A DNA stretch of 64,000 nt, from assembly GCA_026417615.1 (NCBI GenBank), contig JAOACY010000033.1, positions 464 through 64,463 on the forward strand. The letters run 5' to 3'. The notes beneath the pieces were generated by a model. It saw only the letters and a program-made list of their open reading frames with translations. It was not told where the DNA came from and made no database searches. The translations under genes and the position numbers were made by a program. Below, piece by piece: positions 9,986 through 17,833 of the stretch (its first letter is position 1; every line of letters starts with the position of its first letter). Source of the DNA: Clostridia bacterium. Lineage in GTDB: Bacteria; Bacillota; Clostridia; Acetivibrionales; JAFADI01.

Positions 9986-10303
9986 ATGAAACAGAAGCGT
10001 TCCTGCAGTAACTGCATAAATGGTACAAGCATATCAATTAACAGCGATATTCTCTGCCGCATAAACGGGGCTGTCTCACCTGACTATGCATGCATGAGGC
10101 ACAGGTTCATGCCCGAGCCAAAGGCTGTTAAAAGCGAGGTTACCAAATGCATTGAGTGTGAATACTTCCTGGTGGAAGCATATAACCCCGATGGAGATTC
10201 TACCATAGGGCTTTGCCAGCTGCTTACCCACCGGCAGTTCGACGGGGGATTGAAAAAAGCCTGCTCAAAATTTATAAAAAAGGCAAAAACCAATATATCT
10301 TAG
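9986..10303 (+). CDS. Small Cys-rich hypothetical protein
   Basis: 105 aa ORF with GGGAGG RBS (9975-9980). Contains CSNC...C...C...CIEC...C, suggesting a zinc-ribbon-like fold. No family recognised. Confidence 0.5.
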   Translation: MKQKRSCSNCINGTSISINSDILCRINGAVSPDYACMRHRFMPEPKAVKSEVTKCIECEYFLVEAYNPDGDSTIGLCQLLTHRQFDGGLKKACSKFIKKAKTNIS

Positions 10304-10367
10304 AATGATGCTTTAGACCTTTTCTATTCATTTCACCTCTGATATAATATTGCTTAGGGGTGAGTAC

Positions 10368-11000
10368 ATGCCTTATAGTGTGCGAGAAATATTTGCAGCA
10401 AAGCTAAATGAAATACAAAGCAGGATTCCGGTCAGAATAATGAAAGAAGCTGACCCGGTGCCTTTTCAGCAGTTTCTGGATACAGCCCTTGAGTCATTCA
10501 CACCGGCCGTTGACAAGCAGGGAATAGAAAGAACCTCAGATTTGCAGCGCGCAAAATCATCCCTTCTGGCAAACAAAACCTCCATTACGAAGGATAAGTC
10601 TGCACTTATGGAGGAGATATCCTCCCTCATCAGGTCAGCCTCAGAAAAATACTCTGTGGATGAAAACCTGATAAAAGCAGTAATCAAGCAGGAGTCCAAC
10701 TACAACCCCCTCTCCCTTTCACGTGCCGGAGCCCAGGGATTGATGCAGCTTATGCCCGGCACTGCAGACGCTCTTTCAGTAAGCAACCCTTGGAATATCA
10801 AGGAGAATATTGAAGGCGGCACCAGATACCTAAAGGACCAGCTTGAGAATTTCGGAGGCAATCTGAAGCTTGCGTTGGCTGCCTATAATGCAGGCTCAAA
10901 TGCTGTACGCAAGTATAACGGCATCCCGCCCTATGCCGAAACTAGAGATTATGTCAATAAGGTTATAAAGTATTACAACCAGTATATGAATGAGAAATAA
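10368..11000 (+). CDS. Lytic transglycosylase (SLT domain) protein
   Basis: IKQESNYNP...[14 protein letters not shown]...[25 protein letters not shown] are SLT-domain hallmarks. I prefer ATG 10368 (RBS GGGGTGAG) over the track's alternative start at 10350. Confidence 0.85.
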   Translation: MPYSVREIFAAKLNEIQSRIPVRIMKEADPVPFQQFLDTALESFTPAVDKQGIERTSDLQRAKSSLLANKTSITKDKSALMEEISSLIRSASEKYSVDENLIKAVIKQESNYNPLSLSRAGAQGLMQLMPGTADALSVSNPWNIKENIEGGTRYLKDQLENFGGNLKLALAAYNAGSNAVRKYNGIPPYAETRDYVNKVIKYYNQYMNEK

Positions 11001-11181
11001 GTCGTCTCACCTATTGAGTATTACATCACACTTTTGTCATATTGATGCAAGCCAGGAATTTCAAGACATGGTTTTGTTAATTTCATAGAAGTTACTGAGA
11101 AGATATTTTTTATGCGGGCTCGTTATGTTTATATTAATATTTAACAATAATTTAAAATTTATTATGTTTATGTATTAAATT

Positions 11182-11264
11182 TAATCCACAATATCCACAA
11201 CTTTATCAACAGTCCAAAATGTTGCAAAATACTGCATTTGTATTAAGTTTCCACATTATTCACA
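11182..11264. promoter_or_regulatory. Cluster of near-consensus DnaA boxes
   Basis: TAATCCACA (11182-11190), ATATCCACA (11191-11199), TTATCAACA (11203-11211) and TTATTCACA (11256-11264) are each one mismatch from TTATCCACA. GTTTCCACA (11247-11255) has two mismatches. A very AT-rich tract at 11130-11181 lies immediately upstream. Confidence 0.6.
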
Positions 11265-11455
11265 TTTCACGTTTCTTCATTAATCGACATTTTTAGTCCT
11301 AATTCTCTAGATAGTACTGCAGTCCCAGTCTTTATCAAAGGATAAAATTAATTAACATAAGTTATACAGTTCGACATTTTGCACTTGCTATATTTTGGTA
11401 ATTGCTTATTATTTTTGTTAAGTTTTGGCTAAGTTCAACTTTTTGTAAATAAACG

Positions 11456-11483
11456 CCTGTGGATAACCCTAGTTATCCACAGG
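11456..11483. promoter_or_regulatory. Perfect palindrome carrying two consensus DnaA boxes; also a candidate tsaD terminator hairpin
   Basis: CCTGTGGATAAC-ccta-GTTATCCACAGG has 12-bp perfect arms. It contains TGTGGATAA (11458-11466) and TTATCCACA (11473-11481), and abuts the tsaD stop codon (11484-11486). On the minus strand it is followed by GCGTTTATTT. Confidence 0.65.
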
Positions 11484-12536
11484 TCACTTTTCCCCAAGCC
11501 TTAATCCAGGTATTGCATTCAGCTCAAGTCCGGATACATTTCCGTTAAGGTATTCAAAGTATGCAGCACAGGCTATCATGGCAGCATTATCTGTACAAAG
11601 CACAGGTCTGGGATAGAAAACTCCATATCCCGCCGCTGCAGCTTTTTCTTTGAGTTGACTTCTAAGCAGGGAATTTGCGGCCACTCCACCAGCAAGAGTT
11701 ATATTCCTTACCTTTTTTATCTTTGCAGCTTTCAGAGTATTCTCCACAAGCACATCAACCACTGCCTTCTGAAAGCTTGCGCAAATATCTTCTGTTCTGA
11801 CCTTCTCACCTTTTTGCTCTTGATTGTTCAGGTAATTCAGCACAGCAGTCTTAAGACCACTGAAGCTGAAATCCAGACTGCCGTCAGAAAAGCGTACCCT
11901 TGGGAAATCCATGGCACAGCAGTCACCTCCTGCAGCCCATTTGTCAATAAGCGGCCCACCGGGATATCCCAGACCTATTGCCCTTGCGATTTTGTCAAAA
12001 GCTTCTCCGGCTGCGTCATCCCTTGTCTGCCCAAGAATTTCAAACCGGCTGTAGCTTTCAACATACACTATGTGGCTGTGGCCGCCTGATGCGACAAGAC
12101 AAATAAATGGTGGTTCAAGCTCTGGGTGGTCAAGGTAATTGGCAGCAATATGCCCTTCTATGTGATGCACTCCCACCAGCGGTTTGTTTTTGGCAAAAGC
12201 AAGCCCCTTGGCGGCCGACAGGCCTACTAGCAGAGCACCTACAAGCCCCGGACCGTATGTGACTCCTACAACATCAATCTCAGAAAGGCTGATTCCTGCC
12301 TCATCAAGGCTCTGTCTTATAACAGGCATAACAAGCTCAACATGTTTCCTTGAAGCAATTTCAGGCACGACTCCTCCATATTTCTGGTGAAGATCAACCT
12401 GCGAGGAAATAACGTTTGACAGCACATGTCTGCCGTTCTTGACAACTGCCGCGGAAGTCTCATCACAGCTTGTCTCAATTCCAAGTACGATCAAATCCTT
12501 CAAATTCCTACACCCGTTCTTTGTTTTAATACTCAT
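11484..12536 (-). CDS. tsaD: tRNA N6-adenosine threonylcarbamoyltransferase TsaD (Gcp/Kae1 family)
   Basis: [21 protein letters not shown] and SGGHSH motifs; 350 aa. Confidence 0.95.
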   Translation of the reverse strand: MSIKTKNGCRNLKDLIVLGIETSCDETSAAVVKNGRHVLSNVISSQVDLHQKYGGVVPEIASRKHVELVMPVIRQSLDEAGISLSEIDVVGVTYGPGLVGALLVGLSAAKGLAFAKNKPLVGVHHIEGHIAANYLDHPELEPPFICLVASGGHSHIVYVESYSRFEILGQTRDDAAGEAFDKIARAIGLGYPGGPLIDKWAAGGDCCAMDFPRVRFSDGSLDFSFSGLKTAVLNYLNNQEQKGEKVRTEDICASFQKAVVDVLVENTLKAAKIKKVRNITLAGGVAANSLLRSQLKEKAAAAGYGVFYPRPVLCTDNAAMIACAAYFEYLNGNVSGLELNAIPGLRLGEK

Positions 12537-12604
12537 AATATTAGCTTAATTACCCACTTTTATCAATATTGATAGGAGATCAAAATTAAATTAAACCGGA
12601 AAAG

Positions 12605-12649
12605 AACAAAAAAATAAGCGGTTAAAAGAAATTAATCCGTTAACCGCTT
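12605..12649 (-). terminator. Rho-independent terminator of the flavodiiron gene
   Basis: Minus strand reads AAGCGGTTAAC-ggattaatttct-TTAACCGCTT followed by ATTTTTTTG. Confidence 0.65.
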
Positions 12650-12660
12650 GTGAATTTCTC

Positions 12661-13845
12661 CTATTTGTTCATTTCCTTTGCAAAGTTCTCTCCAAATTCA
12701 ATACACTTTGCCAGCTCTTCTTCCGTAGGTGTGTACTTAAACTGGATGGGTTCTGCAATCACCTTGATGCCTGCTGCCTTCAAGTGCTCATGAATGATAT
12801 TCTGAGCTTCCCCGCTCCAGCCATAGCTACCATAGGCAGCTCCAAACTTGCCCTTGAACTTGTGCCCCTTTATTTCATCTAAAAGGCCTGCTATGGAACG
12901 CAGAACTGTGTTGTTAACAGTACAGCTTCCGATTATCATTCCCTTTGCCTTGAACAACTCAGTCAATATATCGCTTTGGTCGGTGATGGAATTATTGAAA
13001 AGCTTATAAGGGACTCCCTGCTTTGCAAGGCCCTCACCTATAGCTTCAGCCATTTTCTTTGTTGCATTGTACATCGTGTCATAAATAATTACAACATAAC
13101 CCTCGTTATACTCCTGAGCCCATTCGTAGTATTTCTCCACGATCTGCATTGGGTCCTTGCGCCATATTACCCCATGGCTTGGTGCAATCATGTCAATAGG
13201 AAGGTTCAGCGCCTTAATCTGCTCGACCTTCTTCTTAATCAGCGGCGTAAAGGGGCTCAATATGTTTGCATAGTACTTTATAGCCTCCTGGTAAAGCTCG
13301 CATTCGTCAACCTCATCATTGAAGAGGGAAGAAGGTGAATAATGCTGACCGAAAGCATCATTGGAAAGCACCAGGTTTGCACCCTTTACATAGGTGAGAA
13401 GGCTGTCTGGCCAGTGAAGCATGGGCATCTCAACAAATACAAGCTCGTATTCACCTATGCTTACTGAGTCGCCTGTCTTAACTATGTTAAAATTCCAATC
13501 CTTGTGAAAATGCCTTTTAATTATTTCTGCGCCGTTTTTTGTGCAGAAAATCGGCGTATCGGGTATCCTGGACATGATATATCCAAGGCTTCCTCCGTGG
13601 TCAGGCTCTATATGGTTTATTACAATCATATCAATACTGTTAATGCCTACTTCTTTTTCAAGCCTTTCGGCAAATTCCTCTTTGTAAGGATCCCATACCG
13701 TGTCTACCAAAACTGTTTTTTTATCCTTTATGAGATAGGAATTATAGGTTGAACCTCTGTGGGTTGAAAGCTCATGTCCGTGGAAACGCCTCAAATCCCA
13801 GTCTTTAATACCTGTCCAATAAATATTCTTCTTTATTTCTATCAT
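12661..13845 (-). CDS. FprA-type flavodiiron protein (metallo-beta-lactamase-like plus flavodoxin domains)
   Basis: 394 aa. NHIEPDHGG di-iron motif in the N-terminal MBL-like fold, and a C-terminal flavodoxin-like domain (VVIIYDTMYNATKKMAEAI). Confidence 0.85.
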   Translation of the reverse strand: MIEIKKNIYWTGIKDWDLRRFHGHELSTHRGSTYNSYLIKDKKTVLVDTVWDPYKEEFAERLEKEVGINSIDMIVINHIEPDHGGSLGYIMSRIPDTPIFCTKNGAEIIKRHFHKDWNFNIVKTGDSVSIGEYELVFVEMPMLHWPDSLLTYVKGANLVLSNDAFGQHYSPSSLFNDEVDECELYQEAIKYYANILSPFTPLIKKKVEQIKALNLPIDMIAPSHGVIWRKDPMQIVEKYYEWAQEYNEGYVVIIYDTMYNATKKMAEAIGEGLAKQGVPYKLFNNSITDQSDILTELFKAKGMIIGSCTVNNTVLRSIAGLLDEIKGHKFKGKFGAAYGSYGWSGEAQNIIHEHLKAAGIKVIAEPIQFKYTPTEEELAKCIEFGENFAKEMNK

Positions 13846-14086
13846 AGTTTTCTCCTTTCGAAGCTGTAACTTTGTCTAAAATACATCAGCAAATATATAC
13901 CCAAAAGAGCTATCCTTAAAACAGAGTACATTAATTTTTATGAGTTGTAAAGCTTGCTTTGTGTGTATTGTATATAACGACAAAAAACAAGGCCCCCTCT
14001 GGAGCCCTGCCATTTGTTCCAAATATTCTTTTTATTCCAAGAAAAGCTTTTCTTGGAATAGAATTGTTCTATTTATTTGCAGTTTA

Positions 14087-14731
14087 CTACGCACACTTTT
14101 CCTTGCAAACCCTTGCAGCTTCATCAGCAGCAGACGCTGCGTCAGGAGTATAGATGTCTGCTTCAACCTGCTTGCAGAAGCTGTCTGTTACAGGTGCGCC
14201 GCCGATCATGATTGTTACCTGATCTCTTATGCCGGCTGCCTTTGCCGCTTCAACAACATGCTTGATTTCTCCCATGGTTGTTGTGAGAAGCGCTGAGCAA
14301 GCAATAATCTGAGCACCTGTTTCTTTTGCGGTGTTTATAAACTTTTCACTAGAAACATCTATGCCGACATCTATAACTTCCAGCCCCTTGCCTTCCATCA
14401 TCATCCTTACAAGATTCTTACCGATGTCATGAAGGTCACCCTTTACTGTCCCAAGCACAACCTTACCTATCGCCTTAACACCGCTGGAAGCCAAAAGGGG
14501 TTTCAGCAATTCTGCGCCTGCATTCATAGCTCTTGCAGCAATAAGCACGTCAGGAACATAAACTTCGTTGTTTTTGAATTTTTCCCCGATAACGCTCATG
14601 CCTGCAAGAAGGCCTTCGTCAAGGATAGCTTTTACATCTATTCCATCATCTATAGCCTTCTGCACCAGCTCCTTCACTACCTTTGCCTTACCCTGCTGTA
14701 AGTTTGTTGAGATTTCATTTAAAATACTCAT
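14087..14731 (-). CDS. Corrinoid (B12-binding) protein of a methyltransferase system (MtaC/MtbC-like)
   Basis: 214 aa. N-terminal helical cap plus the B12-binding motif GTVKGDLHDIGKNLV (DxHxxG). Confidence 0.9.
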   Translation of the reverse strand: MSILNEISTNLQQGKAKVVKELVQKAIDDGIDVKAILDEGLLAGMSVIGEKFKNNEVYVPDVLIAARAMNAGAELLKPLLASSGVKAIGKVVLGTVKGDLHDIGKNLVRMMMEGKGLEVIDVGIDVSSEKFINTAKETGAQIIACSALLTTTMGEIKHVVEAAKAAGIRDQVTIMIGGAPVTDSFCKQVEADIYTPDAASAADEAARVCKEKCA

Positions 14732-14800
14732 ACTAAATCCTCCCTGTAACTATTAATATATATTTTAATGCCTAAACGGCTTTTGCCCTTTATTAGAGTT

Positions 14801-16102
14801 TCAGCCCTGACTTCTGATTTTCCCTCTGGCTTCACGGTACTTGCCAGGGCTGACTCCCGTAACCTTCTTGAAAACCTTTGTAAAATAACTCTGATCCTCA
14901 TATCCGACAAGATTTGATACATCAACCAGTGCAACCGTTTCATTTAAAAGCAGTTTTTTGGCCATGTCTATCCTTATTTGGTTCAGGTAGGTATTGAAGT
15001 TGCACTTCATTTCCTCCTTGAAAACCTTGCTGAAATAAGACGGACTCAGGTATACATTGGAAGCTACTTCCTCAAGAGTAATTTTCCTGGCATAGTTCCT
15101 TTTAATATAGTCCACTGCCTTGAATATAACATCTATATGCTTGACTTCCGCCAGGTTGAACACACAGTCCGTAAACCTTCCCATTATCTTCGAGAGCCAG
15201 TAGGTAAGCTCCTCTACTGTTTTGAAATCGTGTACCTGAGACAGGTATTTATAATTCAAGCCGAAAATTTGTTCAACATCGGCTCCGCCCTCCACGGCTG
15301 CTCTGGAAAGCAGAACCACAAGCTCCAAAACCCTTGCTTTTATGATTTCAAAGTTACCGCCCGTAGAAAAAAATATATGTCCGAAAATCTCATTCAGCAC
15401 TTTCTGGGATCCGGGCTTATCTCCAATGGAAATAAGCGAAAGCAGCTCTTTTTCCTTTTCTATAGGGTAACCCAGTGTCTCACCTTCATCCCCGCCCATT
15501 GTCTTAATATAATGCAGATATTCTGAAATACCTGACTGGTGCTCCAGGTATTCCCGATCCTCCAAGTACTGAGAGGGCCTCGTGTCAGATATATGAGTCG
15601 ATACAATAAACAACAGTTCCGCAAGGCTATTTACAATATCTGGCTGAATGATGGGTATATCCTTTATGTATGCCTTCAGCTCTTCAATCCCTTCTTCACA
15701 TATACTGCTTTTCTTTAACATATCCTCAAGCAGAAACTCCTCAGGTTCTACCATTAGTACAGGTCCTCCGAGGATTGCGCCTTTCATTGTCCCGTGCATG
15801 GTTATCGGAGATGCCCAATGAACAAGTCCTATGGGACAGAAAAATATATAGCTTCCTCCAAAGCGTTCGGCCTGATAGCTTCCATACAGATGCACGTTCT
15901 GACATGTCTGATGCTGTCCCAAAATACCCTGCACCCTGCTGCAAAAATTACAAGTATTGTTATTTCCGCATGAATTATATAAAGTTTTTCCGGTGGAATC
16001 AATAAGGATACTTTCTACACCCACGGACCTGCTATATGCATCAAGGCTTTTTTTAACCCGGTCCAAGCTGATTCCATCATCCTTTGCCAGGATAGCTTCC
16101 AT
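14801..16102 (-). CDS. PocR-sensor / AraC-family transcriptional regulator
   Basis: N-terminal PocR-like Cys/His pattern (CNFCSRVQG...CQNVHLYG...FFCPIGLVHW). C-terminal AraC HTH (YFSKVFKEEMKCNFNTYLNQIR...GYEDQSYFTKVFKKVTGVSPGKYR). Confidence 0.85.
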   Translation of the reverse strand: MEAILAKDDGISLDRVKKSLDAYSRSVGVESILIDSTGKTLYNSCGNNNTCNFCSRVQGILGQHQTCQNVHLYGSYQAERFGGSYIFFCPIGLVHWASPITMHGTMKGAILGGPVLMVEPEEFLLEDMLKKSSICEEGIEELKAYIKDIPIIQPDIVNSLAELLFIVSTHISDTRPSQYLEDREYLEHQSGISEYLHYIKTMGGDEGETLGYPIEKEKELLSLISIGDKPGSQKVLNEIFGHIFFSTGGNFEIIKARVLELVVLLSRAAVEGGADVEQIFGLNYKYLSQVHDFKTVEELTYWLSKIMGRFTDCVFNLAEVKHIDVIFKAVDYIKRNYARKITLEEVASNVYLSPSYFSKVFKEEMKCNFNTYLNQIRIDMAKKLLLNETVALVDVSNLVGYEDQSYFTKVFKKVTGVSPGKYREARGKIRSQG

Positions 16103-16233
16103 CAGATCACTCTTTCTTACCGTGTAGAATAAAATCGCAAATTCATTCTACCAGATAACAATTCTTTAGTAAATGGAAGGGTTATTAGCGTATTTTAATA
16201 ATACTACTTATTCAATTGAAGGTATTGAAAACT

Positions 16234-16303
16234 TTTTTAGTTTTTTGTACTTTCCCGTCATCCTTGATAAACAGCACTTTTTAGTTCCTGTCATCGATAA
16301 AAT
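16234..16303. promoter_or_regulatory. Two direct repeats in the divergent regulator/methyltransferase promoter region (candidate AraC-type operator)
   Basis: TTTTAGTT...CCGTCATCCTTGATAAA (16235-16271) and TTTTAGTT-CCTGTCATC-GATAAAA (16278-16302), spaced about 43 bp apart. Confidence 0.35.
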
Positions 16304-16462
16304 ATTACAATACATCTAAAAACATTCCTATATCAAAAATCAAAAAGAAGTTATCATGATAATGCATGCATCAAAAATATCAACATATTACAACTAATTA
16401 TTGTTAACGCATTATAGTTTATATGTAATAAAATATTAATAAGGAAAGGAATGTGACTTATT

Positions 16463-17494
16463 GTGAAGAAGGAAATGAAAAAATGGTTACATGAACTGAC
16501 TGCTTCGGTCGAAAGGCATACCATGCCCATAATGACCTATCCAGGACTAAAGCTGGTTAACAAATCCATCATGGACGTAATAAGTGATGGTGAAGCTCAA
16601 TTTGAATGCATAGAAGCATTATCGAAAAAGTATCCTTCAATCGCTGCAGTTACAATAATGGACTTATCTGTTGAGGCGGAAGCTTTCGGCAGCCATGTAA
16701 GGTATTCCGACGAGGATGTGCCCTCCGTAATAGGCAGGATTATTGAAGGTGAAGAATCGGCAAATGCCCTTAAGGTTCCCAAGGTAGGAGACGGACGCAC
16801 TTCAGTATACCTGAAGGCAGCCGAGCTTGCTGCCGCCAATATAAAGGACCGCCTCACCTTTGGCGGAGAAATCGGTCCCTTCTCACTGGCAGGCAGATTG
16901 TTTGACATGACGGAAATAATGGTAGCTACAATGCTTGAGCCTGAAACAGTGCATATCGTGCTGGAAAAAGCCACACAGTTTCTTGTTGAATATGCCAAGG
17001 CTTTCAAGAATACCGGCGCCAACGGCATCATAATTGCAGAACCTGCAGCAGGTCTTCTGTCGCCTGAGCACTGCACTGAGTTCTCCTCTAATTATGTCAA
17101 GAGAATAGTTGACGCCGTCCAGGACGACAACTTTGTCGTAATACTACACAACTGCGGTAACACAAAGAATCTGGTTCCATCCCTCCTTTCAACTGGAGCC
17201 AGGTGCTTCCATTTCGGCAATGCAGTGGATATGGCTGATATTATGCCTCAGATCCCCTGGGGAAGGGTTGCCTTCGGCAATATAGACCCTGCAAGGGTAT
17301 TTAAAAACGGCACTGTCGAGGAAATGAAGCAAAAAACCTGGGAGCTTCTTGAAAAAACTGCCGTATATAAAAACTTCGTGCTTTCCTCAGGCTGCGATGT
17401 TCCTCCCGGAACTCCCCTGGAAAACGTGGAGGCCTTCTTTGAAACCCTGGATGAATTCAACAAGACTGTGCTTAGAGAATTTACAGTAGCTTGA
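16463..17494 (+). CDS. UroD-fold MtaA/CmuA-family methyltransferase (candidate substrate:corrinoid or methylcorrinoid methyltransferase)
   Basis: 343 aa with typical MtaA/UroD-family layout (...ILHNCGNT...SSGCDVPPGTPLENV). The start is uncertain: GTG 16463 or ATG 16475. Confidence 0.8.
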   Translation: MKKEMKKWLHELTASVERHTMPIMTYPGLKLVNKSIMDVISDGEAQFECIEALSKKYPSIAAVTIMDLSVEAEAFGSHVRYSDEDVPSVIGRIIEGEESANALKVPKVGDGRTSVYLKAAELAAANIKDRLTFGGEIGPFSLAGRLFDMTEIMVATMLEPETVHIVLEKATQFLVEYAKAFKNTGANGIIIAEPAAGLLSPEHCTEFSSNYVKRIVDAVQDDNFVVILHNCGNTKNLVPSLLSTGARCFHFGNAVDMADIMPQIPWGRVAFGNIDPARVFKNGTVEEMKQKTWELLEKTAVYKNFVLSSGCDVPPGTPLENVEAFFETLDEFNKTVLREFTVA

Positions 17495-17504
17495 TTTTAG
17501 ATAG

Positions 17505-17530
17505 GCCCGGTGAAGTACCGGGCTTTTTTA
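17505..17530 (+). terminator. Rho-independent terminator
   Basis: GCCCGGT-gaagt-ACCGGGC followed by TTTTTTA, 11 nt after the stop codon. Confidence 0.8.
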
Positions 17531-17588
17531 TTTAAATTTCCTAAAAAAATTATAATATACTCCAATTTATTATTAAATTTAAAAAGAT

Positions 17589-17812
17589 ATAATTGAATTA
17601 TGATTCTGTCTCAAAAACAGCTTTTCTTGAAACAAGATGCAAAAAGCACTCACCGAAGTTAGGTCAATTCCCGCGCAAAAATGCCACGGATGGCATTCCG
17701 AGCATTACATCACAGGATTTTCCGTTGATGCGTGCGAGGAATTGCAAGACAAGGTGATAGTGATTTCATCGAAGTTTACGAAAATGGTTTTTTGCAGTCG
17801 AATCAATTATTA
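17589..17812. repeat. Family-1 long imperfect palindromic intergenic element, full-length copy A
   Basis: The left arm AATTGAATTATGATTCTG..CAAAAACAGCTTTTC...GCACTCACC...GTCAATTCCCGCGCA matches the reverse complement of the right arm TGCGTGCGAGGAATTGC...GGTGATAGTGATTT...GAAAATGGTTTTTTGCAGTCGAATCAATT. It shares an exact 21-mer (17619-17639) with copy E, and both of its ends with copy B. Confidence 0.7.
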
Positions 17813-17833
17813 ATTTAAAGGAGCTTTGCATAC

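Noticed and set aside
11001-11483. The DnaA-box spacer could be the chromosomal origin (oriC).
   Set aside because: No dnaA, dnaN or rpmH lies nearby, and the flanking genes converge on the spacer. I kept it as a non-origin DnaA-box cluster. Excluding oriC needs whole-genome skew analysis.
14728-14943. 71-aa ORF overlapping the 3' end of the AraC-family regulator.
   Set aside because: It lies in a different frame of the same strand, entirely within or abutting real genes, and has no RBS.
13846-16462. Cobalamin riboswitch associated with the corrinoid protein or methyltransferase genes.
   Set aside because: No B12-box-like GCCACTG core or matching helices were seen in either intergenic region. 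A cmscan would be the decisive test.
17600-17662. 20-codon ORF (MILSQKQLFLKQDAKSTHRS) inside repeat copy A, considered as a possible leader peptide.
   Set aside because: The frame is not preserved in copies B or E, and it has no RBS.
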